IMG/VR virus record: IMGVR_UViG_3300028364_001588
From: a virus
Length of the DNA: 64,000 nt
Strand: one strand, 5' to 3'
The notes under the pieces were generated by a model. That model was not told the DNA's origin. It saw only the letters and a program-made list of their open reading frames with translations, and ran no database searches. Of this stretch, positions 39,528 to 48,303 are shown one piece after another. How positions within the stretch are numbered: the stretch's first letter is position 1; each line of letters begins with the position of its first letter. The position numbers and the translations under genes are program-made.

Positions 39528-39571
39528 AGTCTTTTTGTTTAATATAAATAATTCATAAAAAAAATAAAACC

Positions 39572-40402
39572 TTAAAGAGAAAACTCTATAAGTTCAAGGC
39601 CTCCATCTTCTTTGTATATGTCCAAATTTAGTTTTAAAGTTTCTCTCAAAGTAGAAAAATTAGATTCAAAAAATTCAAAATCAGTTTGTTTAGAGTTTAT
39701 TATTGTTTCATAAAGATAATTTGCTCCACCAAAATCCGTTATGCTGCCGTCTTTTAGTATTTGTTCTGCAAAAATTAAGAGCCTAAATGAATGCCAAATT
39801 TCCTTCACAGCCCTATATAAATCTCCATTTGAATTAAATTTGCTCTTGGCTATGTTCCAAAGGTCATCTGATTCGAATTTAACTTTGTTTATAAGTTTAT
39901 CACTATCTATGTCAACTGAAAAAGTCTTGTTGTCAATTATAATAAAATTTTCAGGATAGCTAAGAGATTCGATTTCACGCATTTCATGGTTGTCTAATTT
40001 GTTTTGAAAGTCTTCTTGAGAAAAAATGTGAACATCAAAATCGTTTCCATCTATATTTGTTTCTCTAAAAACGTTTCCACTAATATCAGTTGATATTGCT
40101 ATTAAATCCCAGTCAGAACCAACGCCATCAACACCATAAAGCCTTGAGCCTTTTACAGAAGCTAATTGTATTGATTCAATATTGACGCCTATGTTTTCAA
40201 ACACACTCTCAATATCAACAGGTAATTCAATCTTATCTGATGCAGATTTTAATTTAGAAACATTTAAAAAAACAGGGTTTATATCAATGTTTTTAACGAT
40301 TAGTTCTTGTTGTTTTTTGTAACCAATTTTAGTGTTTACGTTCTCATCTGTTTCGAGATTAATATCTACGAACCCTTGTAGTATAATATGTGTTCTTGCC
40401 AT
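39572..40402 (-). CDS. Pol-beta superfamily nucleotidyltransferase
   Basis: GSRLYG...SDWDL, third Asp in DVHI, helical C-terminal WHSFR. Confidence 0.7.
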   Translation of the reverse strand: MARTHIILQGFVDINLETDENVNTKIGYKKQQELIVKNIDINPVFLNVSKLKSASDKIELPVDIESVFENIGVNIESIQLASVKGSRLYGVDGVGSDWDLIAISTDISGNVFRETNIDGNDFDVHIFSQEDFQNKLDNHEMREIESLSYPENFIIIDNKTFSVDIDSDKLINKVKFESDDLWNIAKSKFNSNGDLYRAVKEIWHSFRLLIFAEQILKDGSITDFGGANYLYETIINSKQTDFEFFESNFSTLRETLKLNLDIYKEDGGLELIEFSL

Positions 40403-40415
40403 TTTTATATTTATT

Positions 40416-40499
40416 TTACAATGTCTTATTTGCTACTGATATTTTAGCTTTTTTTTGATAAAACCTACTGCTCCATTAGATTTTAAAACTATAACTCAT
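40416..40499 (-). pseudogene. collapsed gene remnant
   Basis: MSYSFKI*WSSRFYQKKAKISVANKTL*; ATG coupled to the upstream stop. Confidence 0.35.
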
Positions 40500-41140
40500 C
40501 AATAATATCCGTAGCCGTAATTATCTCCTGTAGAATCATCTCCATTGTCTGGGATGAAATCATTCATCACTTCTGTTATATTTTCAAAATAAACCCTCGC
40601 TCTATCGGTTTGGCTATAGCTTCTTCTTATAAAAACAGGGATATAATAACTTGGTTCATATGTAAATGTGGTAAGCGCTGAAAATACTTTTAACTCTCGC
40701 TCTGTTCCGTTAATACTCAGAGGGATATGCTGAAGACCTTTTGATGGTGCTACACCGTTGTACTTAAAAGCTATAGTGTCGATTACAGTCATACCAGTTG
40801 TGCCAACAAGGCTGTTTTCTATAACTTCAGAAGGAGGAAACTGATTGTTCACAACACTTGAATTATAGTAATTATTAAACACATCTGACAATTTTTGGTC
40901 GCTATTGTAAATCTCTCCAAACTCAACAGTTGTTGTTGCTCCAGTTAAATAAGAATAAAAATCATTTATGATAACTAAGTTATCATTGTTATTTAAAAAA
41001 TTTCTAACATTAGAATAGTTAACAATACCGTTTCCAAGCCCTTGAATTTTATTCACCTGGTATCCATTCACATTTTGTAAAGTAGAATTAACTGTCGATG
41101 TTTCTCCAGTAAGTGTGATTAATATTTTGTGCTTTTGCAT
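40499..41140 (-). CDS. virion structural protein
   Basis: N/T-rich ORF in the structural operon. Confidence 0.6.
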   Translation of the reverse strand: MQKHKILITLTGETSTVNSTLQNVNGYQVNKIQGLGNGIVNYSNVRNFLNNNDNLVIINDFYSYLTGATTTVEFGEIYNSDQKLSDVFNNYYNSSVVNNQFPPSEVIENSLVGTTGMTVIDTIAFKYNGVAPSKGLQHIPLSINGTERELKVFSALTTFTYEPSYYIPVFIRRSYSQTDRARVYFENITEVMNDFIPDNGDDSTGDNYGYGYY

Positions 41141-41142
41141 TA

Positions 41143-41655
41143 TTATTTATTTATATCTATGTCAAAATAGTCTGCCTTAGATATTATATGATTTGGAACT
41201 ACGTTCACTTTATCAATATCATCAAGAGTTGTTTCTATTGGAGTTCCTTTGTTCCAAGGGAATTCGTTAATACCTATTTGGTCAAACCAAAATATAACTT
41301 CTGAATTACTCGCCTCAGAAACCTCTGCTCTAACGTCACGAATAAAATCAATCATATCATTTGTTAAGTCGCTTCCGTATCTAACTTTATTTTGTGTAAT
41401 ACCATCAAAGAAAGATAATTCAATAAAAAATGGATTAATCTCTTGCCTTGTAATTACCTCAATTTCTTCCTCTCTGTTTATTTGAACATATTCAAACACC
41501 TCATTTGTTCTCGTTAAAAATATAGGCAAATGAAAGTCGAATTCTGGATTGAAATAATATTTCTTATCTTTGTGTAAGAAATTCCAACAACCTGGAGCTA
41601 TCTCCACGGCATCAACGTAAATTTCGTATTGTTGTATGTTATCTATATTCTCCAT
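41143..41655 (-). CDS. hypothetical structural-cluster protein
   Basis: ATG at 41655; TATTTATA at 41660-41667. Confidence 0.6.
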   Translation of the reverse strand: MENIDNIQQYEIYVDAVEIAPGCWNFLHKDKKYYFNPEFDFHLPIFLTRTNEVFEYVQINREEEIEVITRQEINPFFIELSFFDGITQNKVRYGSDLTNDMIDFIRDVRAEVSEASNSEVIFWFDQIGINEFPWNKGTPIETTLDDIDKVNVVPNHIISKADYFDIDINK

Positions 41656-41670
41656 CAATTATAAATAGTC

Positions 41671-43773
41671 TTAAGATAAAACTTTAGATATTCCTATCAA
41701 ATTATTACATGTAATTAAATCAGCAACAAGTGGGGCTGGTCTAAATGAAGGCAGATAACCAGAAGAGTGAGTGTTTGTGGCTGTGGCTTCTTCTGAATTA
41801 AACACAAGACCTGCAAGAAGAGCGATTCCATTTAAGTAATACCCATCAGTATCAAGAGTGTTTGTTATAGGGTTACATACAGCAACATTTCCTGGAGGCA
41901 AGCTTGGTCCAGAAACGTTTTGTATAGGAGTAACCAAATACACATCAGCGCCAGATGGTGTGGCAGCAATATTTGTAGCTGGAACAAATACGGTTTTAAA
42001 TCCAGGCTTTTTAATCTCAAAACTATACTTACAACTTGTAGCGTTATTATCATTAGCATATAACTTCAGCTCAAAAGGGATTTGCTCAGTTATAGAAGAA
42101 ACTCTTCCTCCAGTATAATTTGGAGTTTCATTAAAACCTTGAAGTGCGTAATCTCCACTACCTGGAAAGAACCCTCCAGTCTCTTGAGGTATGAATCCAT
42201 TAATGTTATACGCTGGATGCTTAGCAGTTAAAGTAACAATTTTAAATTGCTGTGTAATTGTAAATGGCGGCTCAATGTTAACTCCTGCGTATTTTTGTGT
42301 TATTTTCTCAACAAAATCATCTGCAACAAGAGGTCCATTAGCAAATCTAATTCCATTTATGAAAAATGGCCCATTATAATAATTTGAACCTCCGAACCCA
42401 AACCCTGTATCTTTTTCTCTAAAATCAAAAACTGCTGTTTCTTTTGGTAAAGAATCGTGGTTTACATATTTAGAATCTACAGACAAAGTTATGCTATCAC
42501 CAGCTGCAAATAATTGCTCTTGCGTTGTAACTCCAGGAATTACAGGCAGCACAGTAGAGCCTCCTTCGTTCTTTATCTCAACCTCAAAAGTGTCATTCAT
42601 AAAGAACCTGAAGTTATTGTTAACATCGGTTGGTGAACCAACACCTTCTTTTGCTCCAAATATATTCATTTGATAACCTGGAAATTGTCCAAGGTTTTCT
42701 GGGAATATTAATGGGTCGGTAATTGGGTTTATGTTGTTAATAATTTTTTGGAAGTTGTATGTAACAGATACTTTAGGAGTAAGGTCTTTTATAGAAACCG
42801 TGGTTGCTTCTATGTTTACAACCCCTTGGTCTGTAGTTGCGTTGACAGGGTTATCTAAAGAAAGAGAAAATGTTTCTTCATTCTTCTCAATAATATAATC
42901 ACTTAATGCAGTAATATTTATTTCTAACTCTTGTTGTCCAACGCCCCAATTTAGAGTCATAGGGAAGTTAAAAGGAAATGTGTCCACAGTGAAATCTAAT
43001 CCAGGAGCAGCTGTGTCATACGCTTCCGCTGTTGGTGATGTCAAATTAACTGTAACACTTTCAGTTCCGAATACACTTGGCTCTGTCAACTGAACTATCA
43101 CAGTACCCTCTTCGCCTTCATCCAAATAGTAAGCTGATTGTCCAAATCTAATATTTCTCTTAAGAACTTTTTCGATTTGGAAGTTGTTTTTAATCCAATG
43201 TTTGTTATAGAAAAATGGAAAGTCGTTTTGTATAATTTCAAAACCACCATTTATCCCAAGGTCAATAGTGTCTGTTCCATATTCAACGAAAACTCCATCA
43301 GAATCTTTGAATACGAGTTTTTGTTCAACTACAGTTCTTGCGTAATCAACTCCATTTCCAGCAATCTCAAGGTAGATAGTATCTGATAATTCATAATTAT
43401 TAAGCTCAATAATATACTTTCCTCTATGTTTTCCAAAAACATTTTTGTCTCCAAAACCTATTGGCTGAGAAGTTATTGTGGCTATCTGATTTCCAAGAAC
43501 CTGAGCTCCGAACAAAATGTTAGAGTTAGCATAAGCCTTGATTGTTAAATTATCACAATCAATCAAAGGAGAGTTTATTATACCATAAACCCTAAAGCTT
43601 CTGGAAGCGTTTCTCTCTTTTCTAAATTGCTCAGCAAGGTCAAAGTTATTATCAAACCTTTCTCTTTTGATTAGGTTGAATTTTTGCTGAAGGTTTACGT
43701 TGATGTAAATATCATCTATTCCTTTTGCAAGAAAATCTTCACTACCGAGCACTATTTTTTTCTTATCGTCCAT
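41671..43773 (-). CDS. virion protein with Calx-beta domain
   Basis: FGQSAYYLDEGEE...LNWGVGQQ...DYIIEKNEETFSLSL; ATG at 43773 preferred. Confidence 0.65.
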   Translation of the reverse strand: MDDKKKIVLGSEDFLAKGIDDIYINVNLQQKFNLIKRERFDNNFDLAEQFRKERNASRSFRVYGIINSPLIDCDNLTIKAYANSNILFGAQVLGNQIATITSQPIGFGDKNVFGKHRGKYIIELNNYELSDTIYLEIAGNGVDYARTVVEQKLVFKDSDGVFVEYGTDTIDLGINGGFEIIQNDFPFFYNKHWIKNNFQIEKVLKRNIRFGQSAYYLDEGEEGTVIVQLTEPSVFGTESVTVNLTSPTAEAYDTAAPGLDFTVDTFPFNFPMTLNWGVGQQELEINITALSDYIIEKNEETFSLSLDNPVNATTDQGVVNIEATTVSIKDLTPKVSVTYNFQKIINNINPITDPLIFPENLGQFPGYQMNIFGAKEGVGSPTDVNNNFRFFMNDTFEVEIKNEGGSTVLPVIPGVTTQEQLFAAGDSITLSVDSKYVNHDSLPKETAVFDFREKDTGFGFGGSNYYNGPFFINGIRFANGPLVADDFVEKITQKYAGVNIEPPFTITQQFKIVTLTAKHPAYNINGFIPQETGGFFPGSGDYALQGFNETPNYTGGRVSSITEQIPFELKLYANDNNATSCKYSFEIKKPGFKTVFVPATNIAATPSGADVYLVTPIQNVSGPSLPPGNVAVCNPITNTLDTDGYYLNGIALLAGLVFNSEEATATNTHSSGYLPSFRPAPLVADLITCNNLIGISKVLS

Positions 43774-43775
43774 AG

Positions 43776-46700
43776 TTATATTTTTTGCATTGGGATTGTG
43801 ATAATATCTCCATTTAAAGCACTGCTTCCACAATCTGGGGTAATACCTCCAGCTAAAAATCTCATTTCTATAATATAACCTCCTCCAGTAGTATTTGGAA
43901 CCTGGAATAGGGCTCCATTCATTCGTGCGTTCATAGTGTTGTTATTGTCTGGGAAACCGCCAGAAGTTCTACATCCTGAATTTGTGCCAGACTCTTTCAA
44001 AGAAGTTTTAACGTTACCATAACTTGTTGTTAAAGTGTAAACAGGAGGTGTAGACGCTGCGGCAACAGATGAGCCATTTATAGTTATTTGCCCAGGCACA
44101 TTAGAGTTACCAGGCAACGTGTTACCATCCTTATCTCTACATAAAATATTCTTAAACTTAATAGCGTAATTTGCAACAGCATATTCGCTGGTTCCAAAGT
44201 TAAAATTAGAATTCCCAGGCAATTCTATAGAAGCACCTTGCAGTGGTAATTCTGACATTGTAAAAGTGTATGACTCACCTGGGCCAAGAGTTATAGTTGT
44301 TCCTGGTATTTTTGCATCTATATTTCCATTGTTTTTTATCTCAACTTGAAGGTGGTTGGTATAACCAAAGAAGGCGTGCTGACTTGCTCCGCCACCAGTT
44401 ACTTTAGAGAAAAGTTCGTCTTGCAGGTTATTGCCCTCTGTATTATATGCTATTTTAATTTTTTGAGTACCATTAGGTCCTCTTTGAAAGTAAAAGTCTG
44501 AAAAGAAGTAAATAGCAGATGTAGGTATAACCTCTGGCCCTCTTTCGATTCTATCATTAGGGTCAATTACTCTATATAAACTAAGTGCCCCCTCGGAATA
44601 TGTCGCATTATTATCAAGTGCAAGAGCAATATCTTTATCCTCAAAATTATAAACATCAATAGGTAAATTTTGAACTTGTACGATATTGTTACCATTACTT
44701 TGCCCTACAGACAAAATGCCTGGTTCATAATTTGGACCTGTCATTCCAGCGCCATCTCTTGTTGCTTGAGAAAATATAGTATCTCCCCATGGTTCTGCAG
44801 AAACTGGAGGCCAGCCCTCTGGTCTCAACCAATATCCATACCCACACTCAGCTCTTTGATATTTCTCTCCATTAAGAACTTTAGAAACGCCACCTTGCAC
44901 TGGAAAACTTCCATTAGATGGCTCATACCCATTTGAATATGTTTCATTCCAAGCGACCCCTGCTTCATATTTGTATATAAATCCTGCTGTAACTTCTTTT
45001 GAAAACCTATTAGGGAACCAAAAAACGTTTGACGCACTATACTGAACACCGTACCCTCCAGCTATTCCTGGAGTTATTATACTTGATAGACTTACGCTAA
45101 GGCCGTTTAGGTCTCCATCTTTATATTCAGGCTGTTCAAGATAGCGTGGATTAGCTCCTGGCAATCTACCTGCCATTGTAGCTCTAATATAGTTAGGGTC
45201 AATTGGCTTGGCTGGAATTTTATACTTATCTGGATACAGATGATTCCATGGTTTATCATAAGGAGGAAAAGTTTGGAATCCTGTGTTAGTGTTTGGAGTA
45301 TCAGAACTATCTCCTCTGTTTTGATGGAAATGGTCTCTACCAATCCAGCCTCCTGGTTGATTCGTGTATCCCCAATCTCTTTGGAAACCTGTTGTTCTAA
45401 ATATTGAACCTGGTTGATTATAATAAAGCTTGAATTCGTATCCAGCAAGCCAAACGCCTTGTGATGTCGGCTCTGTTCTTGGAACACCGTCATTATCTGT
45501 TCTATAACCTTTAGGGTCATACATATTTGCAGGAACCTTAAAGGCTCTAAATCCATGTTCAAAAAACTTAGCAGACTTTTTAAGTTGAGGAAACTCATTC
45601 TCCCAAAGAAGAGTGTGTTCTTCGTCTTTGTCATATATATTATGAATCTCAACTACAGGTACATTTTTTACTGGAAAGCCTTCTTTTGACATATCTTTAA
45701 TGTCAACATTAAGGGTTGGAGAAAAGTTAAGCAATTCTACAGAACCAAGCTTGTTGTTATCGTAAGCCATTGGCGGAACATAGTATGTCGCCCACTTCTT
45801 AAGGTCATAATTAACAACTATGTCAAGTTCGGTGTATCCTGTTTGTATTGTACCCCATGATTTTACTACATTAATTGGAAATTGCTTAAAAGAAAAATTT
45901 GGAATGGTGTCAAGAATATTATCTTCACTCGCTGGGAATTGAAAGAAATTTAAGGCAATTTCATCCTTAGTAAGACCTTGTTTAAATAGGTCTACTTCAA
46001 ATACAACGATTTGACTTCCGATTGGGGCATCATAAATTATAAACTCCCCATTTTCATTGGTAGTAGTAATGTATTTATATTGGTCTGGAACTGATGTAAA
46101 ATGAGAAACTGACCTAAGATAGCTTTCTGTGTCTGCACTAAAAGATTCAGCATTAAAATACTCACCTGGATTTGAATTTTCTTTATTGTTTAAATAAAGC
46201 CTGTCTCCATTTACATCTGTTGATGTTGATACTGGGTAATCTTCAGATGGGTTAAAGACACCTATAGGAGTGTTTCTAAGTGGGATGCTTATATTGTTAC
46301 CTTCTACGTCTTTTATTGTCTGACGTGCCATTAATCTACCAAATACAACACCTGTATTCGCTTCTTGAGTTGGCATACTATTTACAAGGTTGTTGTAAAT
46401 ATTTAAAGTATCAAGAGTGTCGTGGGTTCTGTTTAATTTTATGTTTACATAGAAGTCGTCAATCTCATGATAAGAATGAAATACGTATTCTAAATGAGCA
46501 GGAACAGCGGCATTAGGGTCAATAACTACTCCTGAGTCTGCAAAAGTTGTTCCTCCAGTGTTAAGAGCTGCGCTTATTGTGCTTACAAATTTTGTATGAA
46601 GATTCTCGACTTCTGGCTGTCTAAGGATTCTATTTACATCAATAGAATATGAGTAACCTGTTGTGTAATTGTTTGTAATAGAGGAGAGCGGTACGTGAAT

Positions 46701-46907
46701 GTTGTCTGAATTTCTTTTCCAAAGACTGGTTCCATTAAAAGTTGTAACATCAGCAACATTATTGTTATTGTCAAATTCAACTATTGTAGGAACTATATCG
46801 AAATCATTTTCAATACCTGGAACTTTATCTAACTTGGTGCTAAAGTATGTTAAAGTGGTCCCAGTGGTAAAATTTTTAATCGTTATTTCCTCTCTTTGAA
46901 TGCTCAT
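43776..46907 (-). CDS. large virion (baseplate/tail) protein
   Basis: 1043 aa; GVVFGRL and TTTNENGEFII...PIG prealbumin-like segment. Confidence 0.7.
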   Translation of the reverse strand: MSIQREEITIKNFTTGTTLTYFSTKLDKVPGIENDFDIVPTIVEFDNNNNVADVTTFNGTSLWKRNSDNIHVPLSSITNNYTTGYSYSIDVNRILRQPEVENLHTKFVSTISAALNTGGTTFADSGVVIDPNAAVPAHLEYVFHSYHEIDDFYVNIKLNRTHDTLDTLNIYNNLVNSMPTQEANTGVVFGRLMARQTIKDVEGNNISIPLRNTPIGVFNPSEDYPVSTSTDVNGDRLYLNNKENSNPGEYFNAESFSADTESYLRSVSHFTSVPDQYKYITTTNENGEFIIYDAPIGSQIVVFEVDLFKQGLTKDEIALNFFQFPASEDNILDTIPNFSFKQFPINVVKSWGTIQTGYTELDIVVNYDLKKWATYYVPPMAYDNNKLGSVELLNFSPTLNVDIKDMSKEGFPVKNVPVVEIHNIYDKDEEHTLLWENEFPQLKKSAKFFEHGFRAFKVPANMYDPKGYRTDNDGVPRTEPTSQGVWLAGYEFKLYYNQPGSIFRTTGFQRDWGYTNQPGGWIGRDHFHQNRGDSSDTPNTNTGFQTFPPYDKPWNHLYPDKYKIPAKPIDPNYIRATMAGRLPGANPRYLEQPEYKDGDLNGLSVSLSSIITPGIAGGYGVQYSASNVFWFPNRFSKEVTAGFIYKYEAGVAWNETYSNGYEPSNGSFPVQGGVSKVLNGEKYQRAECGYGYWLRPEGWPPVSAEPWGDTIFSQATRDGAGMTGPNYEPGILSVGQSNGNNIVQVQNLPIDVYNFEDKDIALALDNNATYSEGALSLYRVIDPNDRIERGPEVIPTSAIYFFSDFYFQRGPNGTQKIKIAYNTEGNNLQDELFSKVTGGGASQHAFFGYTNHLQVEIKNNGNIDAKIPGTTITLGPGESYTFTMSELPLQGASIELPGNSNFNFGTSEYAVANYAIKFKNILCRDKDGNTLPGNSNVPGQITINGSSVAAASTPPVYTLTTSYGNVKTSLKESGTNSGCRTSGGFPDNNNTMNARMNGALFQVPNTTGGGYIIEMRFLAGGITPDCGSSALNGDIITIPMQKI

Positions 46908-46998
46908 TCTCTTTTATATTAAATATAAGCAAAGAAAAATATGAGATAAATAGTTAATCTCATTTTTTTCTAAATTTATAAAACCTTATTAAAAAAAT

Positions 46999-47332
46999 TT
47001 ATACTAAATTAATAGACTCAATTTTTTCTTTGACTGGGTTAAATAACAAAATGTTTTCAACACCACCTTCGGTTATAATAACCCCATCATAATTGCTGTG
47101 TAACCAATTTAAAACACCCCTCGTTCTTTCTATTAGATTTGAGGGTAGTTTTATAAACAAACTCACCATAACTTGAAGCTTCATTTTTATTTGGTGAAAA
47201 AAACGTCCCATCATAAACATGTCCTATATCATTAAAATCATGTTTATTTGGAGTCCCATGATAAATAACACTATGATTTTTATGGAGGATATTAGTTATT
47301 TCTTCTTGAATTATTTCACGAATCTTATTCAT
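46999..47332 (-). pseudogene. ADP-ribosyltransferase-like (ART-PolyVal-type) gene broken by an internal deletion/frameshift
   Basis: Frame 1: MNKIREIIQEEI...YHGT...GTFFS...ASSYG. Frame 2 after about 47130: YDGVII...LFNP. Confidence 0.6.
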
Positions 47333-48236
47333 GATTATAAATAGTTAATAATTCTTTTTTAGTTATTGAACAATTATGGTTTTTCATTAGATTATCTTCC
47401 CATGGAATCATTTCTAAATTTATAATATTTCCAATTATCTCTGGGTCTATATTATTTCTAAACCCTTTTGCAATCGAAAACCTATGGTCAAGGTGATAAT
47501 TTCCATCTACTCCAGCTTGACCTCTCTTGTTGTAGTTTTCTAATGTATCAAGAGGTTGTTGATTTGTTATTGTTCGAACTTTTTGATAATACTTCTTGAA
47601 TTCTGGGAGTATCTCTTGATATTTCTTATAGGTATATCCAGTTCTTTGTAGGTATATGTGGTCATATGCTCCAGATTCTTTTTTTAATTTCCTTGTTTTT
47701 CTTACTTTATTTTTATGCTCTTCAGATATAACCTTGTCGAGCATGCCTTTATGTTTATCTTCTACCCTAATTATATTTAACTTTTTAAGAATTTTATTCA
47801 CTCCAGAATATGACATACCAATGATATTTGCTACTTCTGGAATTGGTATTCCACTTAAGTAAAGGATTTTAATTTCTTCTGTTTTTGGATTTTTATAATT
47901 TTCTCTATATCCTGGTTTTCTTAAATCAACCTCATTATCTCTCAATATTTTCAGAACCGAAGGTTTAGAACACCCGATAATTTTAGCTATCTCAATTGAT
48001 GTTTTCTCTTCATTAACATATAAATAAACAACCTTGTCTACAGGAAGTTTACTACCTCTTTTAACGCCTTTTTTAGCTTTACTTATACTGCGTGTGGAGT
48101 ATCCGTTTCTCTTGATGATTTTTGATACTCCTGTAGAGCTTATACCAACTTCTTTGGCTACCTTTGTGGTAGACATCTTTTTATTGATGTATAAATCAAT
48201 TATTTTATCCTCTATTTCTTTGTTTAATTTTTTCAT
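47325..48236 (-). CDS. putative HNH homing endonuclease with N-terminal HTH repeats
   Basis: Three LY...S...IA..IG.S...V.KIL repeats; YHLDHRFS...NLEMIPWEDNLMK; TATTTATT at 48259-48266. Confidence 0.7.
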   Translation of the reverse strand: MKKLNKEIEDKIIDLYINKKMSTTKVAKEVGISSTGVSKIIKRNGYSTRSISKAKKGVKRGSKLPVDKVVYLYVNEEKTSIEIAKIIGCSKPSVLKILRDNEVDLRKPGYRENYKNPKTEEIKILYLSGIPIPEVANIIGMSYSGVNKILKKLNIIRVEDKHKGMLDKVISEEHKNKVRKTRKLKKESGAYDHIYLQRTGYTYKKYQEILPEFKKYYQKVRTITNQQPLDTLENYNKRGQAGVDGNYHLDHRFSIAKGFRNNIDPEIIGNIINLEMIPWEDNLMKNHNCSITKKELLTIYNHE

Positions 48237-48303
48237 AATAAAAAAGTATCTATCTAATAATAAATAGAGACAAAAAAATAAAGTTAGAAGTAAAATTTCC
48301 TGG

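Noticed and set aside
46908-46998. Duplicated gene terminus flanking the HNH cassette
   Set aside because: No translated copy of the gp6-like C-terminus or the next gene's N-terminus was found; this insertion looks intergenic.
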